Shown here in pieces: positions 8,413 through 16,567 of a DNA stretch of 32,000 bases. The DNA is from Candidatus Electronema halotolerans (lineage in GTDB: Bacteria; Desulfobacterota; Desulfobulbia; Desulfobulbales; Desulfobulbaceae): assembly GCA_942493095.1 (NCBI GenBank), contig OW818675.1, forward strand, positions 720,001 to 752,000, in the 5' to 3' direction. A program made the position numbers and the translations under genes. How positions within the stretch are numbered: the first letter of the stretch is position 1; each line of letters starts with the position of its first letter. The notes under the pieces are model-generated. The model was given only the letters and a program-made list of their open reading frames with translations. It had not been told where the DNA came from and did no database searches.

Positions 8413-10014
8413 TTGACCCAGAACACATTGCAACACCCTACCCGCACTTTTTTCACAGAATTTATGAATTTTCTTGACCTGTTCAAAGGGACAAAAAAAT
8501 CCGGCAGAGAAGACCGGCTCAAGCAGCTAGAGGCAGCCTCGTTCCGGCAGGATGAGCAGGATGAGGATGCCGTGCTGGACCGCATCAAAATCAAAGAGGA
8601 GCCGCCGCCCGCGCCTGAGCCGGAAGCAGGCATCAGCCCGCCGCCGGAGGAGGAGGAGCCGGCTCTGCCAGAGCCGGGCGGCATTTACGCCATGCAGGAG
8701 CGGAACGGCGGCCTGCACCGCTTGGTCAAGGTGGTTCATGCGGAGGACGGCTTTGTCCATGTCATCCGCTATGCGGGCCGCTTTCTCAAGATTCCTGAGC
8801 TGCTCTCCACTCAGGAACTGAACATGGAAATTGATCCCATTGACAGCTCGTTTGGCGCGGATCATCTGCCCATTCCGCTTGACTCCTTCAGGGCCAACAG
8901 CACTTGGCTGCAAGACAGCCCGCTGGAGGAGAGCGATTTCTCAGGCTGGCGGCTCTATGTGGATTCGGTCTATGACTGCCTGAGCGAGAACGCGCCGGAC
9001 TGGCTGCGCAAGGCAGGTTCCTACGCGGCTTGGCGCGACGACCGCAATGCCATGGCTGTGCTGGCTGACCGGTATCTGCTTGGTGCAGACCTGCCCAGAG
9101 ACAGCAAAAAGGCCCTTTACTGGCTGAACCGGATTGTCCAGCAGGGCATTGGCATTATCCAGCCAGGCGAACCAGTGCGGGAGGAATACCAAATTCTCAC
9201 TGGCGGCATCTACCTGTGGACAGAAAAGGACGGCAGTCATGCGGTCGGCAGAGTTGCGCTCAAGGACCGGCACGGGATCCAGTTCCTGATCTGCCCAAAC
9301 CGCTTTGAGCGGCTGCCGAAAAAACTCAATCTGGTCAAGCTGCTGGAGGAGACTGGCCGGAACGTTGCCCATGCGTCCCTGACAGCGGACAGTTTCATCA
9401 GCTGCGACATGACCTTCATGGGCTTGCTGCCTGTCACGCTGACAGAACTGCATTGCTACCGGATTCATCTGCAGGCCATGTGCGGTGAGACCGAATTCCA
9501 GCCCAGCACCTTTGAACTGCTGCTCAGGCGGGCTGAGGCAGGCGAAGTCGAGGCCCAGCATGAAGCGGCGCAGGTCTATCTTGCCGGTGATCCTGCCTGG
9601 GAGGTGGCGCAGGACATTGCCGAATCAGTCCGCTGGCTGACTGAGGCGGCCAATCTTGGCCACGGCCCCTCCGCCTTTGCCCTAGCCCGCATCTGCCGGA
9701 ATGGAGCTGGAAACACTGTGGTGCCGGACTCGCAGCTCAGTTTTGAATGGCTGCTCTATGCGGCCCGCTTGGATCATGGCCCAGCTCAGACAGAGGCGGC
9801 GGCCTGCTGCCTGCAAGGCCTTGGCTGCCCTCAGAATCCGGCCTTGGCTCATGCCTGGTATTCGCTCGCTGCCAGCCGGAACAATGGCCTGACTGCGGAG
9901 CAGAAACAGCAGGCCAAAGCCAAACGGCAGGAGCTTGATGCGGACATGACTGCGGCCCAGCGGGCCAAGGCGCGGGAATATCTCCGCCAGATGCAGGAAT
10001 CGCTGCAGGCATGA
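8413..10014 (+). CDS. Sel1/TPR-like repeat protein (hypothetical)
   Basis: Long ORF with Sel1-like units, e.g. AVLADRYLLGADLPRDSKKALYWLNRIVQQG, DIAESVRWLTEAANLGHGPSAFALARICRNGAG, LSFEWLLYAARLDHGPAQTEAAACCLQGLGCPQNPALAHAWYSLAA. The start could be the internal Met at 8464. Confidence 0.75.
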   Translation: MTQNTLQHPTRTFFTEFMNFLDLFKGTKKSGREDRLKQLEAASFRQDEQDEDAVLDRIKIKEEPPPAPEPEAGISPPPEEEEPALPEPGGIYAMQERNGGLHRLVKVVHAEDGFVHVIRYAGRFLKIPELLSTQELNMEIDPIDSSFGADHLPIPLDSFRANSTWLQDSPLEESDFSGWRLYVDSVYDCLSENAPDWLRKAGSYAAWRDDRNAMAVLADRYLLGADLPRDSKKALYWLNRIVQQGIGIIQPGEPVREEYQILTGGIYLWTEKDGSHAVGRVALKDRHGIQFLICPNRFERLPKKLNLVKLLEETGRNVAHASLTADSFISCDMTFMGLLPVTLTELHCYRIHLQAMCGETEFQPSTFELLLRRAEAGEVEAQHEAAQVYLAGDPAWEVAQDIAESVRWLTEAANLGHGPSAFALARICRNGAGNTVVPDSQLSFEWLLYAARLDHGPAQTEAAACCLQGLGCPQNPALAHAWYSLAASRNNGLTAEQKQQAKAKRQELDADMTAAQRAKAREYLRQMQESLQA

Positions 10015-10181
10015 ACAGTGCCTTGAGTCTGGCAAAGGGCGGCGGTCAGCAAGGCTGGACACTCTGCTCTTGCAGAACCGCGCCTGTTTTTGTACACTTT
10101 TTTGAACTTTTTTTATCCGCTGCGCCCGGCCCTGAGCAGAGCGCGGATTTCTGTAATTTGAAACTCAGAGGAGAGAGTCTT

Positions 10182-11915
10182 ATGATCTGGCAGCAGAAGG
10201 CGGGGCAGCCTGTGTCAAGAGGAGTGACCGGGCTGACCCTGCTTCTTTTCATCCTGCTGGCCGCGATGAGCGCAGCAGCGGCGGCGCAGCCTGTTCTGCC
10301 GGATTTTGGCAGGTATTACGCCTTGGTGATCGGCAACCAGAGCTACCGGCAGCTTGACGAGCTGAAAACAGCGCGGGCTGATGCCAAGGAGACGGCCAGA
10401 CTACTGGAGGAGCAGTATGGCTTTGAAGTGGAACTGCTTTTGGATGCGGACCGGGACCGGATGCTCTGGACCCTGTCCCAGCTCCCCAAAAGAATTTCCC
10501 GGCAGGAGCGGGACAGCCTGCTGATCTATTATGTCGGCCACAGCCGTCTGAACCGGAAAAACGGGGCAGGCTGGTGGCTGCCTGTTGATGCGGACCAGGA
10601 CACGGACACGGACTGGATTCCCACAGCCCTGATCAGCAATCTGCTTGACACAGTCCGGGCCAGACATATCCTGGTCGTGACAGATTCCTGCTATTCCGGC
10701 AATCTGCAAATGCCGGACGACGGGCTGCGCAGGCAGGAAAGCAAGGAGCAGCGGCTGCGGCGGCTTGTGGAAACGCCTTCCCTCACTGTGCTGCAATCCG
10801 GCGGCGAGCAGCCTGTTTATGAGACCGGAGACAGAAACTCCCTTTTTGCCCGCAATTTTCTCCACACCCTGAGCGTCAACCGGCATCTTCTTTCCGGGCG
10901 GGTGCTTTTTGAGCGGATGGTGCAGCCCTATTTCCGCGCCGCTGAACAGCTGCTTGAATATGGGTATCTGACTGGAAGCGAACGCGAGCAAGGGGATTTC
11001 ATCTTTGCGCCCAAAGAGCTGCAAAAAATGAGTCGGCAGCCGTCTGCGCCGCCGCATAAGATAGCTGCCCAGCCACTCAAAAAGGAGCCGAACCTGCCGC
11101 CGCGCAAGAGAGTTGTCCAGTCAGCCCCTGAAGCGCCTGTGGAACAGCTACGGCCGCAAAAACAGGCTCCTGCTCCGCAGGTGCCAGCAGCTCCGCCGCT
11201 GCCGCCGCCGAAAAAAGGGGACATCATGATCAATGAGCTGTCAGGCATGGAGCTGATTTACCTGCCCAGCGGCTGCTTTAAGATGGGGTCATCCATTAAC
11301 GAGAAGGGCCGTTTCGCTTGGGAAGGGCCGGTGCATGAAGTCTGCGTTGACGGCTTTTGGATCGGCAAATACGAGGTCACGCAGGAGCAGTGGCAGAAGA
11401 TCATGGGCGGCAATCCGTCCGGCTTTCAAAAAGGCGGCTCCTATCCAGTGGAGAATGTCTCGTGGAATGACGCGCAAAAATTTCTCAACCGAATGAACAA
11501 ACGCTCCAGCAGGGTCTATCGGCTGCCCACAGAGGCGGAATGGGAATACGCCTGCCGGGCTGACAGCAGCGGTAAATACTGCGGCGGCGACACCCCCGAC
11601 TTTCTCGCCTGGCATGAGGAGAACAGCGGCGGGATCACCCATCCGGCTGGCAAACTGCAAGCCAATGCCTTTGGCCTGTATGACATGAGCGGCAATGTCT
11701 GGGAATGGTGCTCAGACCGCTTTGACAAGAACTACTACGGGCTTGCCGGAACCCGGCTCAATCCGCAGGGGCCTGCCTCAGGCAGTGAAAACCGCGTGGT
11801 CCGGGGAGGATCAGCAGGCAGCCGGGTGCTTAACTGCCGGGCCGCCTTCCGTTTCAGAAACAAACCTGATTATCGGGAAAACCTGATGGGATTCAGAGTG
11901 GTGATGCAGGAATGA
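10182..11915 (+). CDS. Caspase-like (peptidase C14/metacaspase) domain fused to a formylglycine-generating enzyme/SUMF1-like domain; secreted or membrane-anchored
   Basis: ATG at 10182 preceded by CAGAGGAGAGAG (RBS-like). Then a hydrophobic N-terminus, RYYALVIGNQSYRQLDELKTARADAKETARLLEEQYGF, SLLIYYVGHSRLN, ARHILVVTDSCYSGNL (caspase fold). C-terminal MELIYLPSGCFKMGSSINEKGRFAWEGPVHEVCVDGFWIGKYEVTQEQWQKIMGGNPSGF...YPVENVSWNDAQKF...YRLPTEAEWEYACRA...GNVWEWCSDRF...RVVRGGSAGS...FRFRNKPDYRENLMGFRVVM (FGE-sulfatase). Confidence 0.9.
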   Translation: MIWQQKAGQPVSRGVTGLTLLLFILLAAMSAAAAAQPVLPDFGRYYALVIGNQSYRQLDELKTARADAKETARLLEEQYGFEVELLLDADRDRMLWTLSQLPKRISRQERDSLLIYYVGHSRLNRKNGAGWWLPVDADQDTDTDWIPTALISNLLDTVRARHILVVTDSCYSGNLQMPDDGLRRQESKEQRLRRLVETPSLTVLQSGGEQPVYETGDRNSLFARNFLHTLSVNRHLLSGRVLFERMVQPYFRAAEQLLEYGYLTGSEREQGDFIFAPKELQKMSRQPSAPPHKIAAQPLKKEPNLPPRKRVVQSAPEAPVEQLRPQKQAPAPQVPAAPPLPPPKKGDIMINELSGMELIYLPSGCFKMGSSINEKGRFAWEGPVHEVCVDGFWIGKYEVTQEQWQKIMGGNPSGFQKGGSYPVENVSWNDAQKFLNRMNKRSSRVYRLPTEAEWEYACRADSSGKYCGGDTPDFLAWHEENSGGITHPAGKLQANAFGLYDMSGNVWEWCSDRFDKNYYGLAGTRLNPQGPASGSENRVVRGGSAGSRVLNCRAAFRFRNKPDYRENLMGFRVVMQE

Positions 11916-11925
11916 CAGGCATCTT

Positions 11926-11962
11926 CCGCCTTCCTCAGCCGACAACAGACTGAGGAAGGCGG
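11926..11962. terminator. Strong stem-loop between converging genes, probable bidirectional transcription terminator
   Basis: Perfect 13-bp stem CCGCCTTCCTCAG ... CTGAGGAAGGCGG with an 11-nt loop, between the stops of a plus and a minus gene. There is no clear T-tract. Confidence 0.55.
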
Positions 11963-11978
11963 TTGGTGGCGTGATAAA

Positions 11979-12377
11979 TCAGTGTTCCGCCTCTTCTGCG
12001 GCAGGCTCGTCAGCCTGCTCCGGCGCAGGAGGAGCATCTTGAACTTGGGCATTTTCCATTGCCGCCTGTTCCGCCGCATCAACCAGCTCGTCATCGCTCT
12101 GGTTGTCAGCAGGCAGCATATCCTCCTGTTCGGCACCTTCTTCCGGCAGCTCAACCTGCTCACCGGGAGCTGGCGCGCCTTCCTCTGCCGCCTCGAGAGG
12201 CGGCTGCTCAGAAGCTGATTCAGCTTCTGTTCCGACCGCTTCCTTGCTCACTTCCACATGGTTCATTTCCACAGCTTCTTTTTTCACTGGTTTTTCTTCT
12301 GTTTTCGGCTTGTCACAGGCGAAAAGAAAAAGCAGCGGCAGGCAGCTGGCTAAAAGCACTGTTTTTTTGACTTGCAT
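11979..12377 (-). CDS. Putative lipoprotein, Glu/Pro/Ala-rich
   Basis: MQVKKTVLLASCLPLLFLFACDKPKTEEKP: signal peptide with lipobox LFAC, followed by a low-complexity acidic tail. Confidence 0.65.
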   Translation of the reverse strand: MQVKKTVLLASCLPLLFLFACDKPKTEEKPVKKEAVEMNHVEVSKEAVGTEAESASEQPPLEAAEEGAPAPGEQVELPEEGAEQEDMLPADNQSDDELVDAAEQAAMENAQVQDAPPAPEQADEPAAEEAEH

Positions 12378-12609
12378 GTTGCATCATCCCCCTTCAGGAG
12401 TTGAGAATAAGATAGTTTATCTCTTATGATACTGAACAGCCAGAGGCTGTCAATCGATTTTTTCTATAGATTGCGTGAAAAGCTGCGCTGGAGGGCATCG
12501 AACAGAAGCAAGGTGAATCACAACTGTGTCAGACATAACAAAGGGAGAGCATCAAATGAGGCCCTCCCCCAGTTTTTTTCAGTCAAACTGTCTGTGCAGC
12601 CAGTGCCAG

Positions 12610-13476
12610 TTATTCCATCATGACTGGCGCGCCGTCTTCAACAGCCGGGCCTTCACCACCAACAGTTGTTGCCTCATCCATCGTTGCTGCTGCGCCTTCG
12701 CCGGAGACAGCACCACCGTCGTACACGCCGCCTGAGACAGTGCCTTCGTCATAAACTTCACCGGTGGAGACAGTGCCACCGTCGTACACGCCGCCTGAGA
12801 CAGTGCCTTCGTCATAAACTTCACCGGTGGAGACAGTGCCGCCGCCGTACACGCCGCCTGAGACAGTGCCTTCGTCATAAACTTCACCGGTGGAGATGGT
12901 GCCTCCGCCGTACACATCGCCTGAGACAGTGCCCTCGTCATAAACTTCACCAGTGGAGACAGCACCGCCGTCGTACATGCCGCCTGAGACAGTGCCTTCG
13001 TCATAAACTTCACCGGTGGAGATGGTGCCTTCGTCGTACACGCCGCCTGAAACAGCACCTCCGCCGTACACATCGCCTGAGACAGTGCCCTCGTCATAAA
13101 CTTCACCAGTGGAGACAGCACCGCCGTCGTACATGCCGCCTGAGACAGTGCCCTCGTCATAAACTTCACCAGTGGAGACAGCACCGCCGTCGTACATGCC
13201 GCCTGAGACAGTGCCTTCGTCATAAACTTCACCGGTGGAGATGGTGCCTCCGTCGTACATACCGCCGGAGACAGCACCTTCATCAACAATCACATTTCCA
13301 CCGTTTTGATATCCCGCATCCATCTGAGCTGAAGGGGGTGGGGGGGCAGCTCCATCAGTCTGAGCTTGTGTCTGCTGCGGCCCATCAGGCGGTGGCGGAG
13401 CGCATACACAGGCAGCGGAGAAAAAAAGCAGGTATAAGCCGCACGCGATGTAACCAGCTGATTTCATGATATTCAT
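12610..13476 (-). CDS. Putative lipoprotein made mostly of tandem 21-aa repeats
   Basis: MNIMKSAGYIACGLYLLFFSAACVCAPPPP (lipobox SAAC), then repeats of STGEVYDEGTVSGGMYDGGAV-type units in the same frame. Confidence 0.7.
   Translation of the reverse strand: MNIMKSAGYIACGLYLLFFSAACVCAPPPPDGPQQTQAQTDGAAPPPPSAQMDAGYQNGGNVIVDEGAVSGGMYDGGTISTGEVYDEGTVSGGMYDGGAVSTGEVYDEGTVSGGMYDGGAVSTGEVYDEGTVSGDVYGGGAVSGGVYDEGTISTGEVYDEGTVSGGMYDGGAVSTGEVYDEGTVSGDVYGGGTISTGEVYDEGTVSGGVYGGGTVSTGEVYDEGTVSGGVYDGGTVSTGEVYDEGTVSGGVYDGGAVSGEGAAATMDEATTVGGEGPAVEDGAPVMME
12716..13285 (-). repeat. Coding tandem repeat (minisatellite), unit 63 bp / 21 aa, 8 copies of the STGEVYDEG core
   Basis: 'cgtcataaacttcacc(g/a)gtggaga' recurs 8 times on the plus strand at 63-bp spacing, except one 93-bp spacing; encoded variants are M/V, D/G and AV/TI/TV. 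Confidence 0.9.
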
Positions 13477-13604
13477 TTTTTGTTCGTCCCCCCTTTGAAA
13501 GGATATGAAGTAAACACACTGCGAAAGATAAGCATATCTTATCTTCGGCGGTTTAGCTCTGTCAAATATTTTTTACCTGTTTTTGCATCTTTTACAGCGC
13601 AAAA

Positions 13605-14183
13605 TTAGGCCAGCAGCTGCGTGATTTGTTCAGCAGCATCCAGTAAATTCTTGGCAATCAGCGCAGGCCTCACTGTTTTTTCCGGGCTGATGTATTCCAG
13701 CTCGCCTCTGCCATAGCCGGTCAGCACCAGCACCGGGGCTGCGCCGACGCGAAAGCCACATTCCAAATCTGACCAGCGGTCGCCGACCATGAAGGAGCAG
13801 GACAGGTCAAGATGCAAGTCAACGGCAGCCTGCTCCAGCAGCCCGGTCTGCGGCTTGCGGCAGCGGCAGGCTTGGCGGTATTGGGCGACCTTGGCTTCTG
13901 GGTGATGCGGACAAACATAGATGCCGTCCAAATATGCCCCTTGCGCTGCCAGCCGCCGCCGCATTTCCGCATGAACCTCCTCCAGCAGGGCCGCAGGAAA
14001 ATAGCCCCGCGCCAAGCCGGACTGATTGGTCACCACCACTGCCGGAATGCCGCACTGATTGAAGATGCGGATCGCCTCCGGCACACCGGGCAGCAGGACA
14101 AAGCGGCTGATGTGGTTGACATAGCCCATCTGCTCGTTGATGGTGCCGTCACGGTCGAGAAAAACTGCGGGCTTTTTCTTCAC
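13605..14183 (-). CDS. gmhB: D-glycero-beta-D-manno-heptose 1,7-bisphosphate 7-phosphatase (HAD-IIIA)
   Basis: PAVFLDRDGTINEQMGYV, LPGVPEAIRIFNQCGIPAVVVTNQSGLARGYF, CPHHPEAKVAQYRQACRCRKPQTGLLEQAA, FMVGDRWSDLECGFRVGA. Confidence 0.93.
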   Translation of the reverse strand: MKKKPAVFLDRDGTINEQMGYVNHISRFVLLPGVPEAIRIFNQCGIPAVVVTNQSGLARGYFPAALLEEVHAEMRRRLAAQGAYLDGIYVCPHHPEAKVAQYRQACRCRKPQTGLLEQAAVDLHLDLSCSFMVGDRWSDLECGFRVGAAPVLVLTGYGRGELEYISPEKTVRPALIAKNLLDAAEQITQLLA

Positions 14184-14326
14184 TTTTGTCCAAGCATGTT
14201 TTGCTGCGGGCGGCCTTTCCGCTTTCTGTGCAGCTTACCTTGCAGACCGTCCATGTTCAACAGGAAAGATGCGGCAGCGGAAAGATTTCCGACACAGCTG
14301 TCAGGCAGACATGCAGCCGCGCAGAA

Positions 14327-14376
14327 CAGTTGCCAAATCCGGCTGAGAACGGTAATATCTCCGACACGACAACCTG
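14327..14376 (+). repeat. Direct repeat, copy 1 (duplicate of the leuC leader)
   Basis: CAGTTGCCAAATCCGGCTGAGAACGGTAATATCTCCGACACGACAACCTG, identical to 15185..15234. Imperfect similarity continues through an ATGGGACTTACC at 14402. Confidence 0.95.
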
Positions 14377-14466
14377 CTGATTCATCCTGCGGAGAAGCAA
14401 AATGGGACTTACCGCAGCCGCTTGCCGAACTAAGCGGAGCAAACAGCGGCGAGGAGGAGCATACAT

Positions 14467-14527
14467 AAGTCCGGCGGACTTACACATATAAGTCTTTGGG
14501 ACCTACGTAGGTAAGTCCGGTGGACTT
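14467..14527. repeat. Cluster of short palindromes
   Basis: AAGTCCGGCGGACTT (14467-14481), ACCTACGTAGGT (14501-14512, perfect 12-bp palindrome), AAGTCCGGTGGACTT (14513-14527). Confidence 0.8.
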
Positions 14528-14713
14528 GTATGCGTTGGAGGAACTCTCAAACACTCGTTCGAGATAATCTCAAACGTAGGTTCGAGTTTTGCGGGAAGGG
14601 TGGTTAAGGGGAAAACAAATACGTGCTTGGATAGGAAAAAGAGAACAGGGAGAATACTATTTGATCTCAATAATACAGGATTGAATTTGTTAAATGAACT
14701 CAAACTTATAATG

Positions 14714-15091
14714 CTATGTACGATCAACTAATGGTACAACAAGGCAAAACGAGTCAGGCTCCTCGGTTGGGTGTCCGGTGAAGCTTAAATGGTAATTAAT
14801 TGTTAATTTTGCAGCTTTATATTTCTGTACTTGTAGCTCTGTGACTGCTGATGCCGAAAAATCATGAATCATGTATTCAAATTCATACCAGCAGTCATCA
14901 GTATAGGATATGTTATCAAGCTCTATAATTTTTCCATCAGGAAACTCTAAGTGTCCAGAAATAGATCGTAGATACGCACTCAGACTGAAGCTAACATTGG
15001 TCGGAACCATCAGGTAACTCCGTAATCTGAGAGATAACTTACTATCTTTCTTGCGGTAGATTTTTATCGAACTATCTGCGAGACGAAGCAT
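14714..15091 (-). CDS. Hypothetical orphan protein, 125 aa
   Basis: ORF starting ATG with non-repetitive, protein-like composition (MLRLADSSIKIYRKKDSKLSLRLRSYLMVPTNVSFSLSAYLRSISGHLEFPDGKIIELDN...). It lies in an AT-rich segment with no overlapping alternative. No family recognised. Confidence 0.5.
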   Translation of the reverse strand: MLRLADSSIKIYRKKDSKLSLRLRSYLMVPTNVSFSLSAYLRSISGHLEFPDGKIIELDNISYTDDCWYEFEYMIHDFSASAVTELQVQKYKAAKLTINYHLSFTGHPTEEPDSFCLVVPLVDRT

Positions 15092-15184
15092 GTTTATAAC
15101 CTAACAAATTATTTTTATTCGTTCAATATTACGACGCGCATCTCCCCTTGTCAACAGAAGAATGCAGCTATCTTCTATCCAGTT

Positions 15185-15234
15185 CAGTTGCCAAATCCGG
15201 CTGAGAACGGTAATATCTCCGACACGACAACCTG
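15185..15234 (+). repeat. Direct repeat, copy 2 (immediately upstream of leuC)
   Basis: Identical 50-mer to 14327..14376, located 24 bp upstream of the leuC start codon. Confidence 0.95.
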
Positions 15235-15258
15235 TCAACTCATCCCAAGGAGAAGAAA

Positions 15259-16545
15259 ATGGGACTTACCATAGCTGAAAAGATATTTGCCGCCCATCTG
15301 CGCGACACCCCTGCGCCGGGCAGCATGGTGTTAGACATTGACGTGGTCTTATGCCACGAGATCACCACGCCCATTGCCATCATGGACTTGGTGGAGAAGG
15401 GCATGGATCGGGTCTTTGATCCGAATAAGATCAAAGCGGTGATAGACCATGTCACTCCGGCCAAGGACTCCAAGACAGCCATGCAGGCCAAGATCATGCG
15501 CGACTGGGCGCGGCGGCACAAGATCAAGGATTTCTTTGACGTGGGCCGCAACGGGGTCTGCCATGCGCTCTTCCCGGAGAAAGGCTTTATCCGCCCTGGC
15601 AACACCGTGATCATGGGCGATTCGCACACCTGCACGCACGGGGCCTTTGGAGCCTTTGCCGCTGGCGTGGGCACTACGGACTTGGAAGTAGGCATTCTCA
15701 AAGGAGTCTGCGCCTTCCGCAAGCCGGAGACCATGAAGGTCGAAATCACCGGCAGCCTGCCCAAGGGCGTATATGCCAAGGATGTGATCCTGCATATCAT
15801 CAAGCAAGTCACGGTCAACGGAGCCACGGACATGGTCATGGAATTCTGCGGCCCGACAGTCAAGGCGATGGACATGTCCTCGCGCATGACCCTCTGCAAC
15901 ATGGCTGTGGAGGCCGGGGCCACTTCCGGCATCTGTATGCCTGACCACACTACTGCCGAGTATCTCTGGCCCTTTATCAAGGACGAATATGCTTCCGTGG
16001 AGGCTGCTGCTGAGGCCTTTGGTCGCTGGCAGTCTGATCCGGGGGCAAGCTATGCCAAGACCGTGACGCTTGACGTGTCCAACCTCAAGCCGCAAGTCAC
16101 GCATGGCTACAAGCCGGATCAGGTTAAGGATATTACTGAACTGGCAGGCACCAAGATTGATCAGGTCTATATCGGCTCCTGCACCAATGGCCGCATTGAA
16201 GACATCCGGGCCGCCGCTTCTGTGCTGCGTGGCCGGACTATTGCCGACACAGTGCGCGGTATCCTCACGCCCGCGACTCCGGCTATTTACTCGCAGGCTT
16301 TGGACGAAGGACTGATCAAGGTCTTTATGGACGCGGGCTTCTGCGTCCTCAATCCCACTTGCGGAGCCTGTCTCGGCATGAGCAGCGGGGTGCTGGCAGA
16401 GGGCGAGTCCTGCGCCTCGACCACCAACCGCAACTTCAACGGGCGCATGGGCAAGGGCGGCATGGTCCATCTGATGAGTCCGCTGTCCGCCGCCGCCGCC
16501 GCCGTGACCGGCGAGATCACTGACCCGGCCCAATTTCTCAACTGA
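15259..16545 (+). CDS. leuC: 3-isopropylmalate dehydratase large subunit
   Basis: MGLTIAEKIFAAHLRD, VIMGDSHTCTHGAFGAFAAGVGTTDLE, DQVYIGSCTNGRIEDIRAAASVLRGR, LNPTCGACLGMSSGVLAEGESCASTTNRNFNGRMGKGG (Fe-S cluster cysteines). RBS AAGGAG is upstream. Confidence 0.96.
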   Translation: MGLTIAEKIFAAHLRDTPAPGSMVLDIDVVLCHEITTPIAIMDLVEKGMDRVFDPNKIKAVIDHVTPAKDSKTAMQAKIMRDWARRHKIKDFFDVGRNGVCHALFPEKGFIRPGNTVIMGDSHTCTHGAFGAFAAGVGTTDLEVGILKGVCAFRKPETMKVEITGSLPKGVYAKDVILHIIKQVTVNGATDMVMEFCGPTVKAMDMSSRMTLCNMAVEAGATSGICMPDHTTAEYLWPFIKDEYASVEAAAEAFGRWQSDPGASYAKTVTLDVSNLKPQVTHGYKPDQVKDITELAGTKIDQVYIGSCTNGRIEDIRAAASVLRGRTIADTVRGILTPATPAIYSQALDEGLIKVFMDAGFCVLNPTCGACLGMSSGVLAEGESCASTTNRNFNGRMGKGGMVHLMSPLSAAAAAVTGEITDPAQFLN

Positions 16546-16567
16546 CCTTCCGCAGGAGAACAAAGCT

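Noticed and set aside
10011-10181. N-terminal extension of the caspase-FGE ORF (MNSALSLAKGGGQQGW...)
   Set aside because: A good RBS-like AGAGGAGAGAG and a typical signal/anchor sequence follow the internal ATG at 10182; the upstream part is probably the intergenic region.
12716-13285. Regular repeats that could suggest a CRISPR array
   Set aside because: Units are contiguous in-frame coding repeats (63 bp) with no unique spacers of constant length between conserved repeats, and no cas genes are nearby.
12666-13469. 267-aa plus-strand ORF full of RLRQCLRHKLHRW repeats
   Set aside because: It is the antisense shadow of the 63-bp coding tandem repeat. The minus-strand frame has a signal peptide and lipobox and sensible composition.
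15349-16563. 404-aa minus-strand ORF
   Set aside because: Antisense to leuC, which has full catalytic motifs; the minus-strand product has arginine/histidine-rich shadow composition.
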